A DNA stretch of 64,000 bases from Octopus sinensis (taxonomy: Eukaryota): positions 24,738,001 through 24,802,000 of the forward strand of contig NC_043007.1 of NCBI RefSeq assembly GCF_006345805.1. The letters run 5' to 3'. This document shows positions 13,525 through 27,727 of the stretch, piece by piece; positions within the stretch are counted from its first letter, which is position 1, and every line of letters begins with the position of its first letter. The notes under the pieces were generated by a model that made no database searches, was not told the DNA's origin, and was given only the letters and a program-made list of their open reading frames with translations. Both the position numbers and the translations under genes were made by a program.

Positions 13525-13947
13525 TAAGGCAGTGAGCTGGCAGAAACGCTAGCACAGCGGGCAAAATGCTTTGTGGTATTTTGTCCGCCACTGCGTTCTG
13601 AGTTCAAATTCCGCCGAGGTCGACTTTGCCTTTCATCCTTTCGGGGTCGATAAATTAAGTACCAGTTACGCACTGGGGTTCGACATAATCGACTTAATTC
13701 CTTTTGTCTGTCCTTGTTTGTCCCTTCTGTGTTTAGCCCCTTGTGGGTAGTAAAGAAATAGGTATTTCGTCTGCTGTTACATTAAGAGTTCAAATTCTGC
13801 CGAGGTCAACTTTGCCTTTCATCCTTTCGGGGTCAATAAATTAAGTACCAGTTACACACTGGGGTCGATATAATCAACTTAATTCCTTTTGTCTGTCCTT
13901 GTTTGTCCCCTCTGTGTTTAGCCCCTTGTGGGTAGTAAAGAAATAGG
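13525..13947 (+). mobile_element. SINE family C (Nin/Deu-like core) with tandemly duplicated 3' unit and 15-bp TSD
   Basis: Core gcctttcatcctttcggggtcgataaattaagtacc present twice; TSD tttttaagtagtact at 13510-13524 and 13948-13962. Confidence 0.8.
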
Positions 13948-14533
13948 TTTTTAAGTAGTACTGGCACCTGAAAAGAGAAACCTGTATGTGTGGAAGACAG
14001 TGATTTTACTCAGCTTGACGTGTCTTATCAAGTACAGACAGATAGGTAGATATAAGATACAGATACTAATCAAAATATACAGTATTATAGATCCATTTCA
14101 GCTGATCTTACCAGTTGCTTTTACACATAGTATTAAATAATTAGATGGTTAATTAACACCACATGCTCTACAGGGTTGGCAGGTTTGGAAAAAAAATGAT
14201 GATAGCTCTGTTATTGGAGGGGAGAAAATATCACATCCAGTGAGAAAAGATGAAACAAACTCACAAGAGGCAATTGGGCAGGGGTTTTATCAAGAATTAT
14301 GTCCCTTGACCCCCCACACCTGAGATGGCTGTAAAGTAGCAAGAGTTTGGTGGGTGAGAATATATGCCAGGCAGGTTACTTATTCTGTTGGGGTAAGGGC
14401 AGGTGTCCAAACCTTTAAGTCTATATTTGGGTGCATATGTTTATGTTAGCAGATTTCTGTATGATTTGGTTTGGGACTTTGCAGTGGTCTCTGGATGAGA
14501 TGGTGAGAGGGTCAATGGTGGAGAACCTAGTGA

Positions 14534-14737
14534 TTATTGTCCTGGTGGGGCCCCTAGGTAAGATAATATATATCTTTTCACATGTGGGCATGGGTTGAAA
14601 ATTTTGTTTTTGCAATTAAGGTGGATGCTTGGATCCTGAGAATTTTTTAACATGATTCTTTTCTTGGCTAAACATAACTTATTTTCTGCTGCTATTTTCC
14701 ACTTGGTGTATTCTGTAGCACCATCTTTAATGATCAT
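14534..14737 (-). pseudogene. Probable Penelope-like element ORF C-terminal remnant (end of GIY-YIG endonuclease region)
   Basis: TKWKI..NKLCLAKKRIMLKNSQDPSIHLNCKNKIFNPCPHVKRYILS resembles the PLE C-terminal pattern W.I...C.LCL.EK..I......LN...E....C.H..K..L (recalled family pattern, not searched). Confidence 0.5.
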
Positions 14738-15526
14738 ACATGCCTAACTAAGGCTGTGAAATTGTGTCTCCCTTGGAAAGTGAAAGAGAACTTATGGATT
14801 AGTGCTCAAACCAGATTGTCCTAATCATGAGAGACATAATCCACCAGAACAAAAGTTTGTTGTTGGAAATGTACCAGTCAAGCTAATGAAAATATAAATA
14901 AAATAAGATCTAGAGAAGCAGTTGTTTATGGTATCAATGCATTTATAAATGATTTAAATCTATTTATCACTCCATTAGTAAGTTAGTACTTGCACTGTAC
15001 TCTGTTGAACTCTTATCACTAAAAACTGGTATTATTATTAAGGCGGTGAGCTGGCAGAATTGTTAGCGTGCTGGGAAAATACTAAGCAGCGGGTTAACAA
15101 TTCTGCCAGCAAGTTCAAGTTTCACTGAGGTTGACTTTGCCTTTCATCCTTTCAAGGTTGATAATTTGAATACCACTTGAAGGCTGGGATCAATGTAATC
15201 AACTATCTCTTTTCCCCAAATTTCAGGCCTTGTGACAATAGCAGAAAAAATTATTAAGGTGGTGAGCAGGCAGAAGTGTTAGCAGATGGGGCAAAATGCT
15301 TAGCAGAATTTCGTCTGTTTTAATGTTCTGAGTTCAAATTCCACCAAGGTTGACTTTGCCTTTCATCCCTTCGGGATTGATAGAAGGATTACCAGTCAAG
15401 CAGTGGGGTTAATGTAATCAACTAGCTTCTTCTCTCTCCATATTTCAGGCTTTGTGTCTATGGTAGAAAAGGTTATTATTATTACTAGCTGGTTGATATG
15501 GATATAATTTAATATAAAAGAAGAAA

Positions 15527-15759
15527 GGTAGTCCTTTACAAATATATAGATATCCAGAGGTCATGTATGCAAAAATACATTTGAGAAGAAAGAAGAAAAT
15601 TTTAAGTAATCCTTTACAACTGTTTCAGAGATTTGGTGGTATATTGATGCAATAATGTGCATTAAGCATACATTGGATTACCTTGGACTTTCTTCATTCT
15701 TCTCAACTGTATTTTCACTTATATAACCTCTGTAATCTATATATTAGTGAAGGACTACC
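15527..15759. mobile_element. Older fold-back element (about 85-bp diverged arms)
   Basis: Arms 15527-15612 and 15675-15759. The spacer carries GAA ACAGTTGT A AAGG on the minus strand (3' half of a hammerhead). Confidence 0.5.
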
Positions 15760-16459
15760 ATGGGCAATCTGTCTTCTTTCTGCTTAATTGTATTTATATT
15801 TATGTAACTCATTTACGAACGCTTGATGTCATAAATAGAGTTGCTTATGTATCTTATATTTTATCTCTCCCTCTCTACAAACATATATATATATATATGT
15901 ATATACATACTAGACTACCTGTGACCTGTTGGGTCACCAGGGAAACATGAGTTTCCCAGCAATGGAGTTTTTGTTTCATGAGTTTTGTTTTTCTTTTCTA
16001 TGTTATTTTCCATGCTTTCAATGAATGTGATATTGATATCACACGTAGGTGGCTCCTTTCCTCAGAAAAGTAAAGATTTGACTGCTATTTCTTTGCATGC
16101 CTTGCTACCATGTAACAGATGTTTCGGGTCCTTTATGTATGTGTATTTATATATACATGTGTGTGATTGTGTGTGTGTATGTGTGTGTTTGAGTTTGTTC
16201 ACATTTGTACATCCCTGAAAATTGCTGAGCGCTGTGCAGTTACATAGTTAGCATTTTCCCAACCAACATATCATCTGCTGGCTTTGCACCTACAAAAATA
16301 TTTGGAATATGAAATCCTTTCCTAGAAAATCAGGTAAGGTTTAGCAACAGGAAGAGTACCAGACTTATAATAGTGCCCCCATAATATATTCATCTAACTT
16401 ATTTTGGCATGGAAAAAGACATAACCATAAACAAATGAACACACATTCATCCATATATA

Positions 16460-17095
16460 TTTTGTGGATCAGCCAGGCTGTCTGGTGCTGAGTTGGCTCT
16501 GCTTCCCACAGCATTTGCTCCATTCCCTTTGTTCTCTTGCCATTCTCCTCCACTTTGTTCCAAAAATCTTTCTTAAATTGTCTTCCCACCTGATTGGAGG
16601 CCTTCTGAGTGGTCGCTTCCACTCATGTAAGTACCACTCGACAACTGCATGAATCCACTGATCGTCTGTGAACCTTACGACATGACCGTCCCATCGCACC
16701 TTTGCATGATGGAAGGCGGCGAGCTGGCAGAAACGTTAGCACACCAGGCGAGATGCTTAGCGGTATTTCGTCTGTTTTTAAGTTCTGAGTTCAAATTCTG
16801 CCGAGGTCGACTTTGCCTTTCATCCTTTCGGGGTCGATTAAATAAGTACCAGTTACGCACTGGAGTCGATATAATTGACTTAATCCGTTTGTCTGTCCTT
16901 GTTTGTCCTCTCTGTGTTTAGCCCCTTGTGGGTAGTAAAGAAATAGGTATTCTGAGACTATGTCCCTCACTCCAGTTCTATCCCTGATCTCCTCGTTCTG
17001 GATGTTATCTCTTAGCAAGATTCCCAGCATCAACCCTTCCATGGCTCTTGCACTGTAAGCAGATGTTGTTCTTCTCTCTTTGTCATTCATAAATT
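16460..17095 (-). mobile_element. RTE-clade LINE ORF2 3' fragment, interrupted by a SINE at about 16713-16950
   Basis: RAMEGLMLGILLRDNIQNEEIRDRTGVRDI, then RWDGHVVRFTDDQW...KRPLRRPPIRWED...WRRMARE..W. Confidence 0.85.
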
Positions 17096-17639
17096 GATAG
17101 ACACATACATATACACATATACGTACACAGATGCATACACAGACTTGTACTCTTTATTATGAAGTAAATATCCTCGAGTAATACCAGCCAAATCAATAAC
17201 AAAAGATGAATTCAAATACAAAAACAAGATATGGCCAATCAACATTCACATTAAATGTTATTATTAGTTTCGTGGTTGAAGAAAATTGTTTTAAAGTGAA
17301 AGTTAAGAATAAAACTATAATGTTTCACGCTTACACTTTTTGCTGGATATACAGATAAAAGTTTAGAGAATATGAGACAGAATGGAGAAAAAGAGAGAGG
17401 AAAAAAGAACGGCGAAAAAATAAAATGCATGTGAACAAATCACAGTCTATATGTGTGTGTGTGTGTGTGTTTGTATGTATGTATGTATATATGTAGCTAT
17501 AGTCTACAAACTTTATAAGTACAGACCAAGAGACACCTTCTCCTTCCTTCTTCTCTCCTAGTCATCAGGCAACCCTGTTTTCCATCTTCTTCCTCACTGA
17601 CTGTTTCTTAATGTTGATGTTATTTTACTCACATATACA

Positions 17640-17674
17640 TACACACACACACATATATATATGTATATATGTAT

Positions 17675-17731
<57 letters not shown>

Positions 17732-17836
17732 TAATATATATATATATTATATATATATATATGTATGTATATATATATGTATATATATATATACACATAA
17801 ATATAAATATATATATATATATATTATATATATATA

Positions 17837-17916
<80 letters not shown>

Positions 17917-18040
17917 GTAAACATAACATTTTTAAGGATTTTAAGGATTATATATATATATGTAAACATATACACAAATCAATTGCTCAATCAATCAGTC
18001 TGTCATATATATCTCTCTCGATATACATACATATATATAT

Positions 18041-18090
<50 letters not shown>
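17640..18090. repeat. (TA)n-rich tract (representative)
   Basis: Similar tracts at about 11600-11830, 19050-19790, 42880-43240, 44540-44850, 45080-45370, 47730-48170, 60290-60610. Confidence 0.95.
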
Positions 18091-18093
<3 letters not shown>

Positions 18094-18853
18094 TACACAC
18101 GGACACACATATATAGCTGTGTAAGTAGTGTGTATGTATGTATGTATGTATGTATGTATGTCTGTATGTATGTATGTATATGTGTGCGTATGTGCACGTA
18201 TGTATATATATAAAGTAATCTATCAGGCAATGTTTTTTTTTTCCTTAAACATTTACAGAAGTAGAGAGAAAGATTTCCAATGTCTTAGTAGACATGTTCT
18301 TGTCCTTACAGATATTATTCAACCTTTTGATGTTGTTGTTGTTGCTGTTGTTGTTACCCACATATATTGTTGCAGCCCTTGTTGTTGTTGATGTTACTGT
18401 TATCGCGGCCACCTTTTTTTGTTGTTGTTGTTGTTGCTGACGTTGTCGTCGTCGTCGTGGTAAATGTAAGCTTCATCATCCTTTTAAAGTAAAGTCTACC
18501 CTGTCCCCAGCCCTGGTGCACCTCCTCCTAGACACCACCTCCCCTTCAAATGCACATCATGCCAATAACAAACAAAACAAAACAAAGGCTTCATAAATAT
18601 CGAAAATAGCATCGCTAGCCATTATAGTTGGGCCAACAATGGAGATGATTGTTTGAAGTTGACTAATAAAAACACAAATATTTTCTGGGTGGAATAAGTA
18701 CAACACACACACACACACACATGCGCATACACACACACACACACACACACTGATGTAAAAGTATACCCAAGATAATTCAAATTGGTACTGTGAAGACTCT
18801 ACGTAAATATCATATAAATATGTGTGTGTAATATATATATATATGCATGTGTG

Positions 18854-18907
<54 letters not shown>

Positions 18908-19051
18908 CTCCCATGCCAGCATGGACGGTGGACATCAAATGATGATGATGATGATGATGTTGATAGTCTCATAACAGTCAATTTATATTATTGAACAGTT
19001 TTGATAGTATGCCCTTGGTTTTTCTGACTTATGAATATTTATTGAACTACT

Positions 19052-19112
<61 letters not shown>

Positions 19113-19161
19113 ATATATATATAGATATATATAATATATATATATATATATATGAACTACT

Positions 19162-19232
<71 letters not shown>

Positions 19233-19295
19233 TATTTATATATATATATTATATTATATATATACGGACGCTAAACGATGATGATGATGATGATG

Positions 19296-19339
<44 letters not shown>

Positions 19340-19667
19340 CATTATATATATATATATAATATATATATATGTGTATATCTATATCTATATATATATATCT
19401 ATATATATATTATATATAATATTACATATATATATACACACACATATATATATATATATACATATATATACATAAATATATGCTGTTGTACCCTTTCACT
19501 CTTTCTCTTGTTTCAGCTGGGGGGAACACATACACCATAGAAACTGGGAAACCGGGCCCATGAGCCTGGCTAGGCTTGAAAAGGGCACATAAATAAACAA
19601 TAATAAATATATATATATATATTATATATATATATATATATACACACACACATATATATATATATAT

Positions 19668-19777
<110 letters not shown>

Positions 19778-19825
19778 TATATATGCACACACAAGCATAA
19801 ACACATGAAAATAAAATATTCTTAC

Positions 19826-19970
19826 TTTATCAGGTCTTATACAGCGCAAGACCATCATTCTTTGGAACTGAGCCAGTTTGGTTTGCCATTGGCCTGGAAG
19901 GTCTTCCAAATGAGGTTCCTTACTGTTGTAGAATTTGCACCAGCTTCGTACATCTCCCTCAAAATTTTCC
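19826..19970 (-). CDS. DNAH12: Axonemal dynein heavy chain (DNAH12-like), internal exon
   Basis: 145 nt, acceptor tttttttccctgtag|G, donor AAA|gtaaga, phase 2/0. Encodes (R)[48 protein letters not shown]; RPDK joins directly to IIPAIT. Confidence 0.93.
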
Positions 19971-20123
19971 CTACAGGGAAAAAAAAATAATATATTGTTA
20001 CAATACATCATCTAAAACTATAGACATATGTTTTATATTTTGAAACTAAAAACACTTTGGGAGTCACACAAACAAACGCTCACACACATATATATATATA
20101 TATGCTTTACAACATTACATATC

Positions 20124-20166
20124 ATAAGACAAGTACTTTCGTGCTTTCTACAATCTTCAGGTTTAT
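20124..20166 (-). ncRNA. Hammerhead ribozyme motif, intact core, weak stem II
   Basis: Minus strand: ATAAAC CTGAAGA TTGtagaaagCAC GAA AGTACT T GT(c)TTAT. Palindromic stem III AGTACT; the first stem II pair is a U-C mismatch. Confidence 0.55.
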
Positions 20167-20824
20167 AATGTTCGAAGTATTAACTGACATTTATGTTCCA
20201 CAATACATAGCACCTAGGGCAATGACCTTACACTGTAGCCTAGGGCTGATAATTTGCTAGTGAATGAAATTGACAGAGGGAAGCTTCTAAAAAGATCATT
20301 AGCATCATCATCATCTTCACTGCTGCTGCTGCCACCGCCACCTCCACCACCACTACCACCACCTCAACCATTTTATTCATTACATCTACTTTTCCATGCC
20401 TGTATGAGTCCTTTTCAGCACACTGTTTCACCATTTGATACATTCTTTTGTCATCTTGTGTAAGGTTCAACATCTCAAGAACAGTATATACAGAGGTGTG
20501 TGTGTGTGTGTGTGTGCATGAGTGTTTACTCATGAGTGTCTTTGCATTGATACTGTCCGGATGATGGCGATGTTATGTTTACACTCCCCACCCTGCCACA
20601 AACTAGCGTGTAGCTCAGTGGGTTTCCTGGTTTTGATGATTGAATACCAGCTCGAGACTGTAGAAGATGACATTTGCTCAGGGTGCTCTGGACCAGGATT
20701 GAAACAGAAACCATGTGGCTGAGAAGCAAACTTCTTAACCATACAGCTATATATACATAGATACATATACACATACACGCACACAGACACACACACCTTT
20801 ATATGAATGTGTGCATGTGTATGA

Positions 20825-20860
<36 letters not shown>

Positions 20861-20865
20861 GTATA

Positions 20866-20897
<32 letters not shown>

Positions 20898-23671
20898 AAA
20901 TAAAATAATAAATGCGCCCTTTTAAAGCCTAGCCAGGCTCATGGGCCTGATTTCCCGGTTTCTATGGCGTATAGCTTAGCATTTCTGCTAAAGAGGCCGA
21001 TAGAATAAGTACTAGGCTTACAAAGAATAAGTCCTGGGGTCGAGTTGCTTGACTAAAGGTGGTGCCCCAGCATGGTCGCAGTCAAATGGCTGAAGCAAAT
21101 AAAAGAATGCATGCACTCACACACACACACACACACACACACAGACTCGCGTACACACATAACGTTATATTTTCAAGTATTTCTATTTACAATATAATAC
21201 AAAGTAAATAGTACTCAAAGGCTTTGTAAATATATTGTAGATGATAGATAAGCTTATTAGATGTTCAGGCCAGTTTATATCTCATTACTCAGGCTCTCAT
21301 GTCGAGACCACGCAAACATTAGATGGAGGGTGGTGGTGATGGGGAAGATCTCTGCCAGATTTGTATGATATAACAACAGCAATATATATATATATATATA
21401 TAGGCGTAGGAGTGGCTGTGTGGTAAGTAGCTTGCTTACGAACTGCATGGTTTCAAGTTCAGTCCCACTGCGTGGCACCTTGGGCAAGTGTCTTCTACTA
21501 TAGCCTTGGGCCGACCAAAGCCTTATGAGTGGGTAGATGGAAACTGAAAAAAGCCCGTCGTATATATGTATATATATATATATGTATGTGTGCGCATATG
21601 CTTGTCCTCCAACATCACTTGACAACCGATGGTGGTGTGTATATGTCCCCATAACTTAGCAGTTTGGCAAAAGAGACCGATAGAATAAGTACTAGGTTCC
21701 AGCATGGCCACAGTCAAATGGCTGAAACAATAAAAGAGAATATATATATACATATATATACATGCACACAGATATATATGAGCCAGTGATTGTCTCACAC
21801 TGAGAATAGGTAACCACGCAGGAGTGGCTGTGTGGTAGGTAGCTTGTTTACCAACCACATGGTTCCGGGTTCAGTCCTACTGCGTGGCACCTTGGGCAAG
21901 TGTCTTCTACTATAGCCTCGGGCCGACCAAAGCCTTGTGAGTGGATTTGGTAGACGGAAACTGAAAGAAGCCCGTCGTATATATGTATATATATATATGC
22001 GTGTGTGTGTTTGTCCTCCTAGCATTGCTTGACAACCGATGCTGGTGTGTTTATGTCCCCGTTACTTAGCGGTTCGGCAAAAGAGACCGATAGAATAAGT
22101 ACTGGGCTTACAAAAGAATAAGTCCCAGGGTCGAGTTGCTCGATTAAAGGCGGTGCTCCAGCATGGCCGCAGTCAAATGACTGAAACAAGTAAAAGAATA
22201 AAAGAATAAAAAAAAGAAAACTCAGAAACCATGATCTGTGAGTATCAGGTAAAGCTGGAGATAGGAGCAATGACCTCCCTTGCAAACACTATACGGACAT
22301 AGACTGTGTGTCAATAGCCAGCTAGAAAACATGTTTCCTTGGGGCTTAAACAACAGTAACATTGTCCAGTTTGTAAGCAAGCTACTTACTACATTCTTTT
22401 GGCAAATAAACTGTACTATAAATAAATCGTAATTCAAATTCTGCTGAGGTCAACTTTGCCTTTCTTTTCTTTCAGGGGTCAATAAAACAAGTACCAGTTG
22501 AATGCTGGGGTTAATGTAATTGACTCTCTTCCACAACATTGCTGGCCTTGTGCCAAAATTTGAAACCAATATATTGTTTTATTTATCATTCTTTTATTCT
22601 TTTAATTGTTTCAGTCATTTGATTGTGGCCATCCTGGAGCACCACCTTAAGGTGTTTCAGTCGAACAAATTGACCCCAGGACTTATTCTTTGTAAGCCTA
22701 GTAGTTATTCTGTCGGTCTTTTTAGCTGAACTACTAAGTCAAGAGGATGGAAACACACCAACATTGGTCGTCAAGTGATGGTGGAGGGGACAACACAGAC
22801 ACAAATATATACATATATATATATATATAAAATGGGATTCGTTCAGTTTCCATCTACTAAATCTACTCACATGGCTTTGGTCAACCTGAGGTTATAATAG
22901 AAGACATTTGCCCAAGGTGCCATGCAGTGGGACTGAACCCGGAACCATGTGGTTAGGAAGCAAGCTTCTTACCACACAGCCATGCCTGTGCCTGTCTATG
23001 TGTGTGTATACATATATACACAGTAGGTTTCTTCCAGTTTCCAGCTACCAAATCCACTCACATGACTATAGTAGAAGACACCTGCCTAAGGTATCATGCA
23101 GAACCCTGTGGTTGGCAAGCAAACACCTTACTACACAGCCACGTTAGCGCCTACCATACATCTTTATAATCTGCGGTATGTATTTTATTCAAGCCAAATG
23201 CTAAGTGACTTGCCACTGATCTATGTTAGAAGCTAATTAGGGAAACCTATCTGCAGGTGGTTTAAGTAGCTGCCAAATTGGCTGTGATTCTCATGGGACA
23301 TGAGAAGAGACAGGCATTTCAAACTTATTTTAATTCTGAAGCCATTTTCACTAAGAGGCCACTTTGTGTAATCGTAATAATCAGTAACACTGTCACTCTG
23401 GATGCTATGTCGTAAATGTGTAGTTTGACTAATAAAGTGTGACCTGTTCATTTACTTTTTTTTATTTTAAGCTGCATGTATATACATATGTATGTAAATA
23501 AATACATACATACATACATATAGAAGAATTTTAGAACAATGGGTAGTATAGATACAGCTTGCAACAGCTCCACATAACTCAGAAATCAAATGTGAAACCT
23601 GTTAAATGCAGGTATGTTCATGCATGTGTACCTCTGTGTGTGTGTGTTGATATATATATTTATATATATAT

Positions 23672-24209
23672 ATAACAATTTAATAAATAAAACATATGCA
23701 TACATACATACATATATGTACATACCTACATCTATATCTATATATACATGCATATATGGGTACAGGACACCACGGAAAAACGTAGAACACAACAAGAAAC
23801 GAAAACATAAAAACAAAACAAGGAAACAGACTTTTTTTAACAACGATAAAACAGAGTACAAGACATACAACACAAGGAAAATTCCCCTTCTTCGTCCGCC
23901 CCTTGCTTTGCGGGAAGGACTGTTTCAATGTAGTCATGTTCTGCCCTTACCTTGGAAACATGCATTGAGTCGAAACAGGGGCAGCTGAAGAAGGGGAATT
24001 TTCCATGTGCTGTATGTCTTGTACTCTGTTTTTTCGTTGTTAAAAAAAAGTCCATTTCCTTGTTTTGTTTTTATGTTTTCGTTTCTTGTTGTGTTCTACG
24101 TTTTTTTGTGGTGTCCTGTACCCATATATGCATGTATATATAGATATAGATGTAGGTATGTACATATATGTATGTATGTATGCATATGTTTTATTTATTA
24201 AATTGTTAT
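23672..24209. mobile_element. Fold-back element (about 220-bp arms)
   Basis: Arms 23672-23893 and 23987-24209. The right arm starts inside CTGAAGA (23985-23991). A diverged copy of the right arm and tail lies at about 44300-44520. Confidence 0.7.
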
Positions 24210-24245
24210 TATATGATTGAACACACGTATCTTCCTCCAAGTTTC

Positions 24246-24297
<52 letters not shown>

Positions 24298-26067
24298 ATA
24301 TTTAAATGTGAGCTTCTAACAGTTTCATGCCATAGAAACACAATCATTCAGCAGAAGGACAGTTCAGAGACACAAGGCATGTTATTTAAATCTGCCAAAT
24401 ATTGTGTTTTCTCAGCATGAAACTATTAGAAGCTCATGTTTAAATACTGTGTATATTAAATGATATTTATTTCTCAGTAGATGAGGTTACGTTTTATGCA
24501 TATACTCATACAGATCCATTTTAGGGGAATGGTGGGGTGCAGCCAAATTCAGCAGTAATGAGATCATCCTTAACAAAAGAAACTATCAACTATACCCAGA
24601 AAGTGTACAAAGTTACTGACTTACAAATTCAGTAAAGAGTAGGTGGTTGATGATAAGAGTCTAGGTTTATACAAACAGTGTAGGGAAATGTAACACATTG
24701 TGGAACCTTTTTACAGCTAGTTGGGTTGGATTGTTGACAGCTATGTCCATACTGTGCATTTTAGAACACAGGTGTAAATTTTAAGTTAGCTGAACTGGAT
24801 TGTTGACAATGAAAGGTCTTAGCTATGAACACAATATAGTGATTCATATCATACTGTGGCATCTATATATAACTGGGTCAATTGGTCTGTCTTTGTCATG
24901 GACACAGTATAGTGATCCTACAAAACGGTAGTACCTATTTTTAGTGACTAAACTATTAAGAGTGAAATATCTGTTCACAGCCCAGTTGACCGAGCTGTAA
25001 ACAACAGCAGTTCATATCCAGTTACAAGTTATTGACTTATACTCTCTCTCTCACACACACACACACACACATACACACACACACTCTAGCCTTCTGTAGC
25101 TCTAGGTAAATGTTCAAATTTTTCTTGCTACCATTATTGGTTTCAAATTTTGGCACAAGGCCAATAATTTCTGGGGTCGGTGTAAGTTAATTACGTTGAC
25201 CACTTGTACTTATTTCATCCACCCTGAAGAGATGAAAGGTAAAGTCGACCTTGACAGAATTTGAACTCAGACTCTAGAGACAGAAGAAATGTTACTAAGC
25301 ATTTTACCTGATGTGCTAACAATTCTGCCAGTTCGCTGCCCTAAGCTTGTTAAAATCATTGTTGTTATTTCAGCCCCCTTGATACCAATCTGCCTGAGAC
25401 CTCTCTTGGTGCAATGATCCAAATGTCTTGCTTTAAAGTGGTCTAAAATTAACCCCCCATCAAAATTTAATATTAATTTATGTTTTAATTGTCAGATTAA
25501 TAATCCCTTTTTTTACTCTAGGCACAAGGCCTGAAATTTAGTGGGAAGGGATTAGCTGATCACATCGACCCCATTGCTCAACTACTACTTTTTTTATTGA
25601 CCCCAAAAAGATGAAAGGCAAAATTGACCTTGATGGGATTTAAACTCAGAGTGTAAAAACAAATGAAATCTTGCGAAGTATTTTGGTCAGCCTACCAATA
25701 ATTCTACCAGCTCACTGCCTCAAACATCCAATTAATAATAGCTTCAAAGTTTGGCACAAAGCAAAAACATTTTAGGGGAGGGTGTCGGTCAACTACATCA
25801 ACCCCAGTGCTCAACTGATGCTTATGTTATCAACCCTGAAAGGATGAAAGGCAAAGTTGACCTCAGTGGAAATTGAACTCAGAATGTAAAGACGGATGAG
25901 ATGCTGCTAAGCACTTTGGCTCGTGTGCTAATGATTCTGCCTTAAAAATCCAATTAATAATGACAGTCATTTTTATTGAATTCTTCATTATTTAGAGAAA
26001 AATTAATTGAAACAAAGGCAATGTATTTCAATAGAAATATGGTAACAAAAGAGTTAATCACAATTAC

Positions 26068-26226
26068 CGAAATCCTTTGAAAGCTTTCAAATCTGTGAGT
26101 CTGCATATTTCGTCCCATGATTTATCGGACAACCAGCTAGTATCCGGGTTGGCAAGTTTGTTTTCCAAACCAACTCCACCAGTCAAGAGAAACAATAGTT
26201 CTGCATTGTCCAATTCATCTTTGGCA
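26068..26226 (-). CDS. DNAH12: Axonemal dynein heavy chain (DNAH12-like), internal exon (absent from the ORF track on this strand)
   Basis: 159 nt, acceptor tttgtgttctttcag|T, donor CG|gtaatt, phase 2/2. My translation: [52 protein letters not shown](R). FLLTGG and WLxDKSW are conserved motifs; CG+G completes Arg with the next exon. Confidence 0.93.
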
Positions 26227-26319
26227 CTGAAAGAACACAAAAGAAATCATCATATCATACATGAAAGATAAAAAATAAGAAAAAAAAAGAAAGAAAAAAT
26301 ACACGAAAAGATAGACAAT

Positions 26320-26728
26320 AGGCGCAGGAGTGGCTGTGTGGTAAGTAGCTTGCTAACCAACCACATGGTTCCGTGTTCAGTCCCACTGTGTGGCATCTTG
26401 GGCAAGTGTCTCCTGCTATAGCCCCGGGCCGACCAATGCCTTGTGAGTGGATTTGGTAGACAGAAACTGAAAGAAGCCTGTCGTGTATATGTATATATAT
26501 ATATGTATGTGTGTGTGTTTGTGTGTCTGTGTTTGTCCCCCTAGCATTGCTTGACAACCGATGCTGGTGTGTTTACATCCCCGTCACTTAGCAGTTCGGC
26601 AAAAAGTGACCGATAGAATAAGTACTGGGCTTACAAAGAATAAGTCCCGGGGTCGATTTGCTCAACTAAAGGCGGTGCTCCAGCATGGCCGCAGTCAAAT
26701 GACTGAAACAAGTAAAAGAATAAAAGAA
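26320..26728 (+). mobile_element. SINE family B (central TA/GT microsatellite), representative full-length copy
   Basis: Head ggcgcaggagtggctgtgtggtaag, B box-like gttcagtccc, 3' end cagtcaaatgactgaaacaagtaaaag. Further copies at about 1660-1995, 3195-3585(-), 13030-13395, 21402-21740, 21815-22215, 22585-22990(-), 38925-39302(-), 49455-49790(-), 56100-56382. Confidence 0.85.
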
Positions 26729-27341
26729 AGAATATAGATGCAAACATGGCTGTGTGGTAAGAGGTTTTATTCCAAACCACATGGTTTCATGTTCAGTCCC
26801 ACTGCTTGGAACATTGGGCAGATGTCTTCTGCTATAGCCTCAGGCAAACCTTTTTGTGTTGCTACAATGACGAAATGTTCCTGCAACTCTGTAATACAAT
26901 TGATGTTTAGAAGGGCATCCAGATATTCAAACCATGCCAAAAAACAGAATACCTGTGTGAAACGTGGTCCCTTGCCTGTTTGCGAGGGCAATAACTACAA
27001 TTAAGAACTGATTCAGATTGTGGTGATCTGTCTAACATATGCAAGCATAGAAATCAGACTTAAAATGAAGATGATCTTATATATAATATACGTGCACACA
27101 CGTGTGTGTAGAGGGGGGGAGATGTCTGTATACTTGTGAAAAATAGTGTATCAAAATGTGCTGCTTTCTGTCAAAAGGTATCCTTCTCTATACAAGTCTC
27201 TCTCTCTCTCTCTCCTTCTCTTGCTTACTCTTTCCCTTCCTGCAATTTATTGCAGTGCTAACTTCATCTACTTCTATGTGTCTATAGAAGCCACATCATC
27301 CCCCCCCACTCTCTCTCTTTCTATATATATATATATATATC

Positions 27342-27612
27342 TACAAAATTTAAAGGACTGACCACTGAAAGTGGACAGTCTATACGTTAGATATAGACGT
27401 CAAAATCGCTATTTTCCATGAAGAATGTGTTCTCAAGAAAAAAACTCAGCAAAAAACCAAAATAAGTAGTCTTCCTGAGGATGTGGGCAAACTTTGGTTT
27501 TTTTGCCGAGTTTTTTCTTGAGAACATATTCTTCGTGGAAAATAGTGATTCTGGCATCTATATCTAGAATATAGACTGTCCACTTTTAGTGGTCAGTCCT
27601 TTAAGTTTTGTA
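27342..27612. mobile_element. Fold-back element (about 115-bp arms)
   Basis: tacaaaatttaaaggactgaccact... pairs with ...agtggtcagtcctttaagttttgta; spacer about 35 nt containing CTGAGGA. Confidence 0.7.
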
Positions 27613-27727
27613 TGTAAAAAAATTTTTAATCTTCGGATTTTTTAAAAATATGCTAGGCCACTAGTTTTAATTGATTAATCTCAATTTCTACCCTTATTTA
27701 ATTATATATATATATATATATATATAA

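Noticed and set aside
17611-18116. YIYI/CVCV-type ORFs here and throughout the track
   Set aside because: (TA)n and (CA)n lack stop codons; not coding.
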